Assembly: GCA_951406725.2 (NCBI GenBank)
Contig: OX597829.1
Location: forward strand, 55,490,001-55,554,000
Direction: 5' to 3'
Length of the DNA stretch: 64,000 bases
From: Octopus vulgaris
Taxonomy: Eukaryota
Below the pieces are notes generated by a model. It worked only from the letters and a program-made list of their open reading frames with translations, was not told where the DNA came from and did no database searches. Made by a program: the position numbers and the translations under genes. Shown one piece after another: positions 24,770 through 38,358 of this stretch (positions are counted from its first letter, which is position 1; every line of letters starts with the position of its first letter).

Positions 24770-25630
24770 AAAGAATAACCGGAACGCACACACATAAAAC
24801 TTATAAACAACAGCATTTAAATAAAAATTGGGTTGAAAAACACTTTTGGATGGAAAAAAGTCAAAAGTTGCCCATAGGATTTGAAGCCACATCTTCCGTA
24901 AACATGATAGAGTTTCTGCAATTGGACTAAAGTCAATCCTTTGAATTCCTCTGTCCATTTTGGAAACTTTGTTCTGACTAATGAGAATTTTATGTTATTG
25001 ACGTCAAAAGAATGTTTATAAATAGTGATCTCAAAGTGTATAAAGTTATAAACAATAGCATATAAATAGCTGATAAGTTTCTAAAATTGAGAGAGAAATT
25101 CAAAGGATTAACTTTGGTCCAATGGTAGAACATCTGCCATGTTTACAGAGGATGTAGGTTCAAATCCTATGGACAGCCTTTGACTTTTTCTATTCAGAAA
25201 GGTTTTTCAACCAAACATTTACATCATCATCATCATCATTACATGATATTGTTTATAGCCTTATGTATGTGCTTCAATATACACTATTCTAAAAAAAGAG
25301 TTATTTTATGTTCTCTCTCAAGGTTTATAAAATTCTTATACCATAAACAATGTGTAGTTCTTGTTGGTAAAGATAAAGTTTCTAAAGTGTAGAGAGACAT
25401 TAAGAGGATTGACTTTGGTCCAATGGTAAAATGTCTGTCATGTCTACAGATGATATAGGTTCAAGTCCCATGGACAACCTTCAACATTTTCTATCCAAAA
25501 GAGATTTTCAATCCAATATTTACAAGATATTGTTTATAGATTTATGTATGTGATTTGAGAAATACCATTCCAAAAAAGAATTATTTCGCATTCTCTCAAG
25601 AGTTTACAAAATTCTTATGACGTCAAAAAA
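24770..25630. repeat. About 300-bp unit with tRNA-like head: two direct copies and one inverted copy
   Basis: ctttggtccaatggtagaac...ggttcaaatcctatggaca at about 25112 and about 25412. Reverse complement at about 24780-24945. Confidence 0.7.
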
Positions 25631-25649
25631 TAGTAATATTTCTTTGGTC

Positions 25650-26005
25650 TTGTTTGTTCTGGTAGATTCTGTAAGAGTGGAGAGCAGCCTGGTGTCAGAG
25701 GTTTCACAGGGTCCCTTTCTGCACATTATAAGCTTTGATACTTGGCTGTTATTTATCGTGGGAGACATTCAACATCCAAGAATCCAATCTCAAAATCCTA
25801 GCTGTCCCCAGCAGATTAGATTTTTGGGAGCTTGCTCTTCTGTCATGTCAATTCTGATTTCTTGAACTTGGTTCCTAGTGCTCCGAGTGCCCTTATAACT
25901 ACTGGAATGACCTGCACTCTCCTGATAGTCCAGATTCTTGCAATTTCGTCTTTTAGTAGTCTGTACTTTCCAATCTTTTCTAGTTCTTTGTCACTTATGC
26001 ATGCA
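25650..26005 (-). mobile_element. RLE-type (R4/Dong-like) LINE C-terminal remnant
   Basis: Minus frame DKELEKIGKYRLLKDEIARIWTIRRVQVIPVVIRALGA matches the E.EKI.KY..L..EI.R.W....V.VIPVVIGALG motif. Abuts (ATT)n. Confidence 0.75.
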
Positions 26006-26007
26006 TC

Positions 26008-26008
<1 letters not shown>

Positions 26009-26050
<42 letters not shown>

Positions 26051-26072
26051 GTTATTGTTATTATTATTATTA

Positions 26073-26110
<38 letters not shown>

Positions 26111-26168
26111 GTTATTATTATTATTATTGTTATTATTATTATTATTATTGTTATTATTATTATTATTG

Positions 26169-26235
<67 letters not shown>
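26009..26235. repeat. (ATT)n microsatellite with GTT interruptions
   Basis: Read directly from the sequence. Confidence 0.95.
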
Positions 26236-27284
26236 GAAACCTTTTAGTTTTTAAAATATTAATTACCAGTTACCGATGTTAATGCCATATGTTATTATTT
26301 TTGCAACATAAAACAGGAAATGTTTAATTTACATTGCAAACGGTGTTGGAAAACCAGAAGAATTATGTCATCCACTTATTTCAGATGAAGTTTATCTCAG
26401 CCACTCCATTCTATGCCTTCTTGCTTAGCTCATCTTAAACTAAATGACATTTTGTCTCTATTCAGTGGAAGATGATATTTAATAATCATTTATTTGACTC
26501 AATAATTGACTTATTCATAAATTATTTTAAATTGCAGAAAAATGGTTGTTAATAAGCTTTTCAAGATGAATGATAGAAAATTTGTAAAAATCAATGTGCT
26601 GTTATGATATTTAGATGGAATTTTGGCTTTTAGGAAGTAATTTTCATCAGATAATTAATCAGAATGAAAAGCTAATTAAAATTCTTTGAATCATATTATT
26701 AGCCTCCCATACATACATACATACATACATACATACATACATACATACATACATACATGCATAATTGCATACATACATACATGCATAATTGCATACATGC
26801 ATATGTACATACATACATATATACATACTTCTCCTTAAGGAATTTATTGTGTAATATGTAATGCTTTTAGAGGCTATGAATTTTGCCTATTGATAACGAG
26901 GAAAAAACATTAATAATTTTGATAATGACATTAATAATGCCCAGATAATAATCAGAAAACTCAGATAAACAACTTAGAATTGTAAGAGGGCAATGTTTAT
27001 ATAGGGACTTATTCATTACTTTCTGATTTCAAATCCCACCCAAGTCAACTTTGCATTTCACCCTTCCAGGGTCAGTAAAAGACCTGTAAAACACAGGAGT
27101 GAATTCATATTTCTACACTCTCAGAGGGCATCCAGCGGTAGAAACCTTGCCAGATCAGATTGGAGCCTGGTACAGCGTTCTAGCTTCCAAGTCCTCAGTC
27201 AAACTATCTAACCCATTGCCAGCATGGAAAACGGATGTTAAATGACGACGACGACAATGATACTGATGCTTCCTTGATGTCTAG

Positions 27285-27690
27285 GGTAGTGAGCTGACAG
27301 AATCATTAGCGCACCAAGTGAAATGCTTGATGGTATTTCACTTGAAGGCGTCGAGCTGGTAGAAACGTTAGCACGCCGGGCGAAATGCTTAGCAGTATTT
27401 CATCTGCTGCTACGTTCTGAGTTCAAATTCTGCCGAGGTTGACTTTGCCTTTCATCCTTTCGGGGTCAATTAAATAAGTACCAGTTATGCACTGGGGTCG
27501 ATATAATCCATTTGTCTGTCCTTGTTTGTCCTCTCTGTGTTTAGCCCCTTGTGAGTAGTAAAGAAATAGGTATTTCATCCATCCACATGTCCTGAGTTCA
27601 AATTCTGCTCAGGTCATCTTTGCCTTTCATCCTTTTGGGATTCATAGAATAAGTACCACTTGACCACTGGGGTCAATGTAACTGACTTAA
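27285..27690 (+). mobile_element. SINE family B; a younger copy (about 27346-27570) nested in an older one
   Basis: gagctgg.agaa.cgttagcacgccgggcgaaatgcttagc...gagttcaaattc...gactttgcctttcatcctttcggggtc. The older head before 27340 resumes at about 27570. Other copies at about 9925-10080, 31720-31910(-), 34145-34295(-), 36465-36667(-), 44117-44330, 61908-62112 and 63240-63400(-). Confidence 0.8.
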
Positions 27691-30600
27691 CTACTCTTAG
27701 GTAAGAGTATAAAAATTGCACTCCTCTGTGAGGCCATGTTGCAGAGTAGGCTCATCAAACCAGTATGATCTCAATCTCAAATCCATGGCCACCACATTGG
27801 ACCATGTTTGGTGGAGAGAACATGCTAGCCTTCATCCTGCAGTGGACTCAACATAGGCAATCCAGCTGAGGCCAATCCAATGCATCCTTGATATGAATGG
27901 AATTATGATAGAAGATGAGGACTAAATTTGTAGAAATTGTTAGAAAGAAAATGTATGAGAAAACATTGGTTTATGTTTAGATGTATTTCTTTTTTACTTC
28001 TTGGTCATGGTTGGATACCTTTAAACGTTAAGCCTCAGTGACATGTTCAATACTTCAGTCTCTCACTTTTAGGACTTATGAAGTTTAGTAAATTTCATTA
28101 TGATTTGACCATTTGCAATGGTCAAGAAAAGAGAGTTTCTAAAACAATATTGATTGTTAGAGAAATGATGTTTTATTGGAAACTTACGTATTGTGATCTT
28201 TTGACAATGGCTTTTAAGAAATATTTGCTTCTTTGTAGAATATTTTAAATTTTGGTTCTGTCTCATTGTCCTGTATTGGTTTGGACCCTGGGTTTGTTGG
28301 CATTCCCAAGTGTTTGACTCTATGTTGTAAAGGGAAGAATAAGAATTGCACTGATATTTTTTATTACCGAGTAGGAAGAGAAAGGGAAGTGTAGAGTCTT
28401 CAAGACTGGCAGGAAGGAGAAGAAATTTTTGGTGTTAAACTGGGCATGTAATGTCATTTCTTTGTAAACTTATGTTTATGTTTTGTGGTAGTGAGTATGG
28501 GTCATGCAGGTATAAAGGTAAAAGGACAGGTGAGATGATTAATCCTTGTAGTATGGAAAATTGTAGATTCCAGACATGTAAAAAGAAAACTGCAAATGTT
28601 TGAAAAATCTACACATAGTTTCTCTACTTTCTATCTTTGACTCAGTGCTCAAGTTAAGACGTTTCTGAAGTCTATGATTTTTGTTTAATAGGCTTCACAA
28701 ACATGTTCTTATATAAATTTCAACTTGCTGTATATTAAACTTAGGTAAACTTTTTTTAGGAGCAGATCACATCAGATATTTCTCATCATAAATCAAGCCA
28801 CACCACTAAAACAAGAAGTAGAAAGCAAGGAACAATATCAGATAACTAGAAGACAAGCTAAACTTTAGATTTATACGTAGTTTGGACAGAAGTTGAAAAT
28901 AAAAGGTTTGCCAATGTTCTGCGATGAAAAGATCGTAATTCTATTGTAAGGTTAAGCACAATTTTGCTGCAAGCTTTAAACCTTGTTTCAAATTTAGGCA
29001 CAAGGCAAATAATGTTAATGGGAAGGAGCAGTGCTGGATTAAGACCCAAGAGAGAAAATAATGTTTATTTTTGTATACTTGCACTATATTTATATTTGAA
29101 AAGTTTCCTCCTACTTTTTTGAATTGCAAAGTCTTTGATGAGATCCTTAAAATTAATCTCAGGTAACACATCTGCATCTATACTTAGTAGAAGTAAACAC
29201 ATCCTGAATATTAATTCTAGAGAGACAATGTTCTGTTAGTTATATGCTTGTTTCATGCTGTATAGTTATAAATGATACAGTCTGTTACATGGTTGCTTAG
29301 TTACCATGTTGTGGTGTTGTGATGTATATGGTGTTGATGACCATCACCATATGGTCTGGTTGGATGCATGCATAATAAATGAAACAAACTCACAAACATT
29401 CAATATATTTATTGATAGAAGGATTTATTGTATCAGCCATCTAGAAAAGAAAAGAAAGATGCAGACAACATAACTGCCTGCTGGGAGGAGAGGAGTGTGC
29501 TGTGTCTTGTTGAAGGCTGACCGAGGTACATTGTGTGTGAGTGTTTGAAGTCGTCTCTTGCTTGAGGTGGTGTGTCCGAGGTGGTCTGCTTGAATGCTCA
29601 AGACAGTCTGCTGCCTGGTGCCCAAGGTTGTCTGCCTAGGTATCCAAGTTGGTCTCTCTGTGATTTAGGCACCAAATGGTTTAAGTAGGGTAAAAAGAGG
29701 TTAAATCTTAGAACATCTACATTATGCCACATCTTCATGCTGATTGGTCAATTTATAGACCAATCACGTAAAACTGTGGTGGCATACTTGTGATCCCAAG
29801 CTGAATATATCATGGTTAGGGTCCTGATCCTAACTATTTTTTTGGAGGTATTAAATGTCAGATATGTTAGTCAACAGTTTTCAGGCGTGCTTTGGAATTT
29901 TTTTTTTTTAGTAGGCATTGCCAATCATTGAATAATGGAACTTGTTGCAGGATAACCGTTTTTGTTCACAATTTTTGAAGTACATTTTTATATGGTTCAA
30001 TAAGCAGACAATTTCAAAAGGTTTTTAAAAAAAATTTTGATGTTTGGTATTAGTCATATTTTCAAAATCTCTGTAAAAGTTAGTTCTTCTTATAGACCAT
30101 AGTACTTTAGCATTTTTAACCTTGTTTCTTCTTTCCAAATATATTCTGAGAGCAAAACTGTTTTTACTTATTAAAATCCATGTAGCAGCTGCTTATGTTG
30201 AAATGAAAGATTCCCTTCATGAAGCGTCTGATTTTTGGCAATTACCTTCCAATACTGACACAGAACTGTTCACACTGGTATTTAAATTACAATTTGTGGA
30301 CATTAACATCATTGGTTACAAGTTGCCAGTGAGCCTATCCCTGATTGGCTGCATGCTGACAGTCAAAGTGATAAGGAAGTGTCACCAGATTCTGTTTTTT
30401 TCTTTTTTGGTTGTTCCTTGGTGATATTTATATCCTTTGCCAATAAGCGTCAGCAAAAAAATATACACAGACACGCACACTCACTCTTTCACACACATGT
30501 ACGCACACACGCACACACTCACACACTATATATATATATATATGAACATACATATGTATCACTTTTAATTCTATCTCTACAGATTTTCTGAGCTAGCACC

Positions 30601-31997
30601 GAAAGTTATGATATTTCATACACAAATATGTCTCCGTAATATATTACGGGTGCAAAACAAAATATGGGATCTTTACCAGTAATTAATAAACACACACATA
30701 TATATATATATGTGTGTGTGTTTATATATATTTATACACTTGTGTGTGTGTATATGTGTTTGCGTGTATATACACAAACATACACACATATACATATGAG
30801 TTTTCTCAGCATCTGTTTACCAAATTCCATCGAGGCTGTAGTAAAAGACATTTGTCGATTATGTCATTTAGTGAGATTCAACTTAGGTCCCTGTCGTTGC
30901 AGAACGAACTCTGTGCTTCCGAAAGACATGTCTACAAGTTTTTCTTTTGTTTGCACAGCTTGCCACAAATCACATATTTTAAGAATGAAGAAAATTCTTC
31001 ATATAAATAAAGGCTTCACTGATATGTGATATGTTGAGATAATGCCATACAACACTCTCTTCAGAAAAGCACGTAAGAAAAACTTATCAAAGACACTTTA
31101 AAAGATCTGCCTCATTCATTCACGACACATCTGGTTTTTCTGTCAGTTGTTCAGACTAATAAATTCTTAAAAGGAAATAAAAAAAGAAACAACAACTTCT
31201 ACAAGTATTTGTTCAGACTAATTTACTCTTAAAACAGTTTAAATTTCAACACCCACCCACACCACTTAGCCAACATTCATTTTCACGTTCTACATTTGGG
31301 TATCTGGTTACATTCAATAATAAAAATCTCATTATTTCCCCTACATCTAGCAGCATTGTTTGTATCTATGAGAAGAAATGCTGTTCTGTGAAGCACAGTT
31401 TTTTTCGCCTCCCATCAAACTCGCTCTGCCATCACTAATAGACTGAATCTGTCTTTTCTATCAAAATCGGTCATATTCATTTGCAGACATTTGCCATCAG
31501 ATTTAGTTAAGCAGGGGATTGGAAGAAGTGGCTGAGCATTGGACAAACTACCTGCATGCATAGTTATAGTTCTTTCTTTTTTTGGGGGGGGAATATCTCA
31601 GAGTACACACACGAGTCTGTAAGCAATAGCATTTAAATATTGGGTTGACAGATGTCTGAGGCTGTCCAAAGGGTTTTTCAAAACAATATTTATATGATAA
31701 TGGTTTCAAATTATGGCCCAAGGCCAGTAAGGTGGGGCCAAGTCAATTACATCGACCCCAGTGCTCAACAGGTACTTAATTTATTGATGGCAGAAGGATG
31801 AAAGGCAAAGTCGACCTCAGCAGAATTAGAACTCAGAACCAAAAGACAGATAAAATGCTACAAAGCATTTTGCCTGTCATGCTTATGATTCTGCCGGTTT
31901 GCCACCTTATTTATATAAGGAGTGGCTGTGAGGTAAATAGCCTGCTTACCAACCACATGGTTCCATCAGTCAGACAATCCTCACCATGAAAATGAGT

Positions 31998-32001
<4 letters not shown>

Positions 32002-32066
<65 letters not shown>
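32002..32066. repeat. (GA)n microsatellite
   Basis: Read directly from the sequence. Confidence 0.95.
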
Positions 32067-32068
<2 letters not shown>

Positions 32069-32369
32069 AGAGAAGCTTTATTGCTTTTCAAATATTTTTT
32101 AATCCAACTTTATTGATTCATATTGAAACTGAAATGAAATAATTATAATTAGGTTATTTAAAAAAAAATCTTTGATATTTAATAGTGCAATAATTTATAT
32201 CATATATATTAACATACATGCACACATACATACACATACATTCATATACATGTGTGTATAATTAATTTAGCAAAGACCAAAGTATTAGTAAGTAGGAAAG
32301 CAGACATATTACTAATCCCTTCAGGGAAATGGCCCTGTTAGATATGTAGAAAAGTTGTAGGTAGAAATT

Positions 32370-32620
32370 CTATACAGTATACCCGGTGCAAGCTAAGGAC
32401 ACACATAAGAGGTGCAGTGGTAGTCTTTGTGTGTAGCAGATGTGCAAGAACAACAAGCACAAAGAACCCATAGGAAGTAAGATTTCCTGCAATGTCCAGG
32501 AGGATCCTTAGAAGTGGTAGGCAGTTTCTGTTTCATAGGTGACCTAATTAGCAGTGGGGGAGGATGCTCTGAAAGTATAGTTGCCTGAAATAAGAACTGG
32601 TTGTAGAAAATTCAGTCATT
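32370..32620 (+). mobile_element. RTE-clade LINE RT fragment
   Basis: LEVVGSFCFIGDLISSGGGCSESIVA*IRTG resembles LE.V..F.YLG..I...GG......RI..(A/G)W. Confidence 0.6.
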
Positions 32621-33002
32621 AACCCTTTATTTCACAGTTATGGCAGATACCAGTGTCACACAAATGGCACCCGTGCCAGTGGCACATAAGAACACCCATT
32701 ACACTCTCATGCAATATTCTTTATTTCATGCTGCTCCTGTCCACTCAGCTGGCAAAAATGAGTAGTACCTGTGATTTCAAAAGGCTGGCCATGTTACATT
32801 CAGTGCTGAGAACTACATTGAAGGAAAGCATATCTGTGGAGTACTCAGCCACAGGCTGTTCTGTTGGTCAAACAGTTGGAACACTTGTTATCATAATTGA
32901 TGGCATGCCAGGTGGTGTGTGTGTGTGTGTGTTTATATATATATATATATGGAAAAAAAAGTCAAGATAGAAAATGCTAAAATAATTTTATAAAAAACAT
33001 TT

Positions 33003-33038
33003 CAGTACCGGTTTCAGTCATTGAGACTTTTTCAACTT
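33003..33038 (-). ncRNA. Degenerate minimal hammerhead motif
   Basis: Minus strand: aag TTGAAAA AGTC tcaat GACT GAAA CCGG TA ctg. Perfect 4-bp stem II and palindromic ACCGGT, but a mutated CUGANGA. Confidence 0.45.
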
Positions 33039-33603
33039 TAAGTATGGAAAACAATTAAATTTAGAAAAATTAAAAAAAGTTTTTTTAAAGGAATATTTGC
33101 ATAGTGTTCAAATACAAGTGGCATTTTCCTTGTTTCTGCCTGTCTCTATATATCCAAAATTATGGAATGGGGTTCTGTTAGCTAGGAAACATATGTAGCC
33201 TGGATTTTTTTTTTTTTTTACACCATTCCCTAATTCTGGAATTTCTATTCACATACACAGCAATCCCAGTTGCTAACCATGAACTAAAAAAATGACTTTT
33301 TTTCAACTTCTCAAACTTTGATATGGGAAAAATTTATAACCATCTCCATCAGTAAACTACTATTCTTCCTGAAAGCTGTTTTTTTTTTATACCTTCTATA
33401 AATTGCTTGAATCTTATTAACTTCCTACACCTTGATCCTTAGATTTTACCATTACATATTGCTATGTGTGTGTGTGTGTGTGTAATCAACAGTAACTCAG
33501 AGTTAAACAACACACACACACACATGCACATACCCCCCCCCCACACACACACACATGCACACTCAAACTCATTTACTCTATTTATGAATTTGATTGTTTA
33601 ACT

Positions 33604-33877
33604 CAGTGATTCTCAGCTGGGCTCCACATAACCCCTGGAGAGTCACATGACCCTTGAAGAGTCACATGACCCTTGGGAATCCACATAACATTTTGCAATA
33701 AAATTGGTTATATTTCTGCAATGCACAAAATGGCTGTGTGGTAAATAGCTTGCTTCCCAACCACATGGTTCTGGGTTCAGTCCCACTGCATGGCACCTTG
33801 GGCAAGTGTCTTCTACTATAGCTGACCAAAGCTTTGTGAGTGGATTTGGTTGATGGAAACTGAAAGAAGCCCATTGT

Positions 33878-33909
<32 letters not shown>

Positions 33910-34340
33910 GTGTGTGTGTGTGTGTGTATGTTTGTGTGTCTGTGTTTGTCCTCCCAACATCACTTGACAACCGTTGGTAGTGTGTTTATGTCCCCGTAAC
34001 TTAATGTTTCAGCGAAAGAGACCAATAGAATAAGTACTGGGCTTACAAAGAATAAGTCGATTTGCTCGACTAAAGGTGGTGTGCCAGCATGGCCGCAGTC
34101 GAATGACTAAAACAAGTAAAAGAGTAATTCTTAATAATCCCTTTTTTCCATAGGCCTGAAATTTTTGTGGGAGGGGACTAGTAGATTACATTGACCCCAG
34201 TGTTTCACTGGTACTTAATTTATCTTCCCCAAAAGGATGAAAGGCAAAGTTGACCTTGATGGAATTTGAACTCAGAACAGGCGAAATACCACTTAGGAAT
34301 CAAAGGGCTCTGTAGGGAACAAAATGACTGAGAAACGTTA
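33604..34340. mobile_element. hAT (Charlie-like) MITE interrupted by two SINEs
   Basis: Left end cagtgattctcagctgggctcc; right end gggctc...aaaatgactgagaaacgtta. Encloses a family A SINE (33730-34125) and a family B SINE (34145-34295). Confidence 0.5.
33730..34125 (+). mobile_element. SINE family A, near full length
   Basis: tggctgtgtggtaaatagcttgcttcccaaccacatggttctgggttcagtccc (A/B-box-like) through gaatgactaaaacaagtaaaagag. Confidence 0.85.
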
Positions 34341-34688
34341 GTTTAAAGTATGAAAGCATTTATACATGAGGATGATGCTTGTGTCTTTTTGTTATCCAAT
34401 ATTTGGAACAAGCAAAAGAATACAAGAATTGGTAATGGATTATCCTTGTTCTTTTGTTTGTTTCAGTCATTTGATGGTGACCATGCTGGAGCATCACCTT
34501 AAAGGGTGTTAGTCAAAGAAATTGACCCCTAGACTTATTATTTGTAAGCATAGTATTTATTCTATTGGTGTCTTTTGCTGAACCACTAAGTTATGATGAC
34601 ATAAACATACCAACATTGGTTGGCAAGCAATGGTAGAGAAACAAACACAGACACAAATGCATAAATATATACATACATACATATATAT

Positions 34689-34737
<49 letters not shown>

Positions 34738-34896
34738 AACCTTTTAAAACAAGCCTTCTGTAGTTTTTTCACTTTTTACTATTTTCTATATATATATATG
34801 TATATAAAGTTAGAATTAACAAAAAGCAAAAGACGAAGACAGGTGTGTAAACAACAAACAGGTGTATTAGTTTAATGCTTGGGAAGGTGAAAAAGT

Positions 34897-34932
34897 CTTT
34901 TACGTTTCGAGCCTATACTCTTCAGCAGAAAG
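34897..34932 (-). ncRNA. Minimal hammerhead variant
   Basis: Minus strand: cttt CTGCTGA AGAG tatagg CTC GAAA CG TA aaag. Confidence 0.55.
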
Positions 34933-35077
34933 GAACACGAGAAAATAAACAGAGAGAGAATAAAAAAAACGTTTTAGTGGCCAGCGGTCAATATATATTG
35001 ACAATATTGTAAATAAGGATTATCTGAAATATCAACAGCATTACCTTTAATTCTATAATTATATTCTGCCTTTTAAG

Positions 35078-35158
35078 ACCAACACATGTTTCATTTGCAC
35101 TGATTAGTAATCATTACAATTGCAACTCCACTGTAAAACGGTGCAGTCCCTTCAGGGT
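35078..35158 (-). ncRNA. Degenerate hammerhead motif with long stem II
   Basis: Minus strand: acc CTGAAGG gacTGCAC[insert]GTGCAaat GAAA CATGTG TT ggt. Confidence 0.4.
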
Positions 35159-35593
35159 TTTGGCTTGATATCCCTCGATATGGCTGTTTCACACACACAC
35201 ACACACACACACATATGACAGGCTTCTTTCAGTTTCCATCTACCAAATTCTCTCACAAGGCGTTGGTTGGCCTAAGGCTATTGTAGAAGACACTTGCCCA
35301 AGATGCCATGCAGTGGGACTGAACCGAGAACCATATGGCTGGAAAGCAAGCTTTTTGCCACATAACCATGCCTGTGCCTATAAATTAATAACCCATAGAT
35401 TTCTTGCTAATTGTCAAATCCCTGATTCCATTTACCATAACCAAAGTCTTCTATTCTTCTTAAATGCCAGCTAATTACTCTAAAGACCATTGCTAAATAG
35501 CTGTCAATCTTTTTTACGTCCCCTGTGTGTACAACAAGTATTGGAAAGTAAATAAATTCTAATCTACAGTTGTTCTTCTCATTTGCTCACTTG

Positions 35594-35645
<52 letters not shown>

Positions 35646-37883
35646 TCTCTCACTCTCTCTCTAATTATATCCATTGTGATCCTCTAAACTCGGCCACCTT
35701 GAAGTTGACTTATTGCTGTAATTCGAAGTTCACCTCTTAGGAACTGTAATATTTATACTTCCTCCTCTTCCACTGCTGCCACTGTCGCCGCCACCAGCGG
35801 TGCTAACGATTCTGCCAGTTCTGCCACTTTCAACACAAAACTATATCAAGTTTGTTCATACTCAGCTTTAGAAGCTTTGATTGAGCAGACCTATGATCAA
35901 AACCATTCCACTCACAGCAATCCTCTCTTGTGTTTTTAGACGTAACGCATCCAGAACCACATTATTCCATATCGTTATCTCTTTTTAAGACACTAAGATA
36001 TTTAGCCATTATTTCTAGCAGATTGAATTTCTACGTAAGATACGCGTTGAAGCTGTCACGGGGACATAACTCTATTAAAGAAAAACAGTTATTTCCCTTA
36101 TTGTGTTCTAATCTAGGATTAGGGAGTGACTTAGCTACGCAACATTAATCCTCCCAGTTCTGATACTCTTGTGACATTACGCGTGATTCAACACCGCCTA
36201 GCCTTTTTATAGACCATCTAAAATTAGGAACAACTCACTCTAATTGCTATTATCGACTTCTGTCAATAGATTCTCATAAAATTATTTTTTCTCACGCACA
36301 CTAATATAAATACCTACACATATATACACACAATCATACATAATGCATGCAACACACACATGTATGCATATATGTACACATACATTACATACATACAAAT
36401 GTACATGTGCACATATATACATACACGCATGCACACACACACACACACACACTTTTCTACTCTATGTACAAGGCTCGAAATTTTGGGGGAGGGGGATAGT
36501 CGATTAGATCGATCCCCAGTACGCATCTGGTATTTAATTTATCGATCCCAAAAGGATGAAAGGCAAAGTCAACCTCGGCGGAATTCAAACTCAGAACGTA
36601 AAGACAGACGAAATACTGCTAATCATTTTGCCCAGTGAGCTAATGTTTCCGCCAGCTGGCCACCTTCATACATACATATATTACATATACATACATTATA
36701 TACATGCATACAAACATGTACACATACATACATGCATGCATACATACATACATACATGCATTCAATCATGTATACATGCATGTGTGCATGCATGCGTACA
36801 TACATATATACATGCATACAAGCATGCATATACACATTCGTGCATACATACATACATCATATACATGCATACAAACATACATGTGTACATGCATACAAAC
36901 ACATGTTATACACACACGTAGATACATACACACCTATCTATGTAAACTTTACCATAAACTATTGAGTCAGTCCAGTGCATAATAGTTTAATTTAAATATT
37001 TCCAAGGACCTAAAAGGTTTCACATGAAGCGCTCTGCTTTGAGTACTTGCTTAATTATAGCAGCAACGACTGTAAGCTAATGAAAAGGATAATGTAACTC
37101 CTATTCTTGTGTCATTCATTAATTGTGTATTTATTTGTTTGTTTGTGTGTGTGTGCTTGTTTGTATTTCCCCTCCTTTTTCACATGTGTTTGCCGATTGT
37201 ATACAATGGCCTTGCTGTTCATGTGGTTGGTGCAGTTTGCTTGCCTTCCGTCACAAGATAATGTCTGGGCTTCTTACTCTCTTGACATGCTGCGCAATCT
37301 TTGCAAAGAAAAGACTCATTCATTCGGTGGCGTTTGCTTCCGGTTCTCTACACAATCATATCATCTGAGTTGTTTGTTATTGTTTGATAGACTGGGAAAT
37401 TAACACCCCACTTGGAAACGGATAGGGGTTGGTATCAGGAAGGGCAACCCGACAGAGAAAACTTTGCCTTTAATGTGCTCTCACCTGACCCATGCAAGCA
37501 TAAAAAAGTAGACCGTAGATGATGCGATGACAGTGAAAACTCTGATGACAAGGACAATGAAAATATGATGAATATTGCAGGAAATCTAAATGTATAGCAA
37601 AGGGTTGAAATTTCATTTGTTGTTATTAATGCATTTATCATTCATTTCTTTGATGGAAAACCATATTCTAAATCTCAGAATATATCTCCATTCATAACAC
37701 AAAAAAACTTATCTTACAAAATTTTATTTCTTTCAGCTGACTTTTGTTTTTTTTTTTGAATTTTTAGTTTCTCAAGTTTCTTTTGTCTTTCTTTCTTTAT
37801 TTTTTCTTCTTCAATGATGTTTAGAAATGTTTGGTAGATGATCAATTAAATCCATGCTATATGTCTGTATTCTCTTTCTTTAG

Positions 37884-37907
37884 TCGAAGGATCAGGAACC
37901 GACACTC
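37884..37907 (+). CDS. 24-nt microexon of the nidogen-like gene, encoding (I)EGSGTDT
   Basis: tattctctttctttag|TCGAAGGATCAGGAACCGACACTC|gtaagt. Consensus splice sites, phase 1/1, open in the frame left by the 22632-22723 exon. A GC-richer island in AT-rich unique sequence. Confidence 0.7.
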
Positions 37908-38187
37908 GTAAGTATCCCTAGATATCTACAACAGTGTTGTCGAATGAAAATAATCACCTGTTAACTTTGCATTTCCGTTTTTTTTGGTTTTTGTTTTTTG
38001 TTTAACATTTGCTGCATCCACATGAATATGCTTACAAAAAAAAAAAAAAGGGATTTGTATCAATGAATGTTTTTAAACATAAACCCATGCAGAAGTCCAT
38101 CTTATACTTATATTCATATTTTATAAATCATTCATAGGTAGGATCAATAAAAAAAGTACTCCATCCAGGAAGAGATAAATAACATTT

Positions 38188-38358
38188 AATATACACAACT
38201 ACAAAAGAGAGCTTCTAATAGTTTCATGCCTTAAGATACATTAAATTGACAGGTTCATATAGATTCCTCAGAGCTACATAGCATGCTTTATAAATCTGAC
38301 AATTTAATGTATCTTTAAGCATAAAAGTATTAGTAACTCTTTTGTAATTGTGTTTATT
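38188..38358. repeat. Inverted repeat containing a degenerate hammerhead (minus strand, 38210-38275)
   Basis: acacaactacaaaagag..agatacattaaattg versus caatttaatgtatct..ctcttttgtaattgtgt. The minus strand reads agct CTGAGGA at..gcat GAAA ctattag. Confidence 0.6.

Noticed and set aside
25832-26254. Poly-Ile/poly-Leu ORFs (also poly-Thr/poly-Val at 10066-10488)
   Set aside because: They are trinucleotide microsatellites fused to LINE remnants.
30593-30620. Good acceptor ctatctctacag as a possible exon
   Set aside because: In-frame TAG in the required phase-1 frame and no convincing donor.
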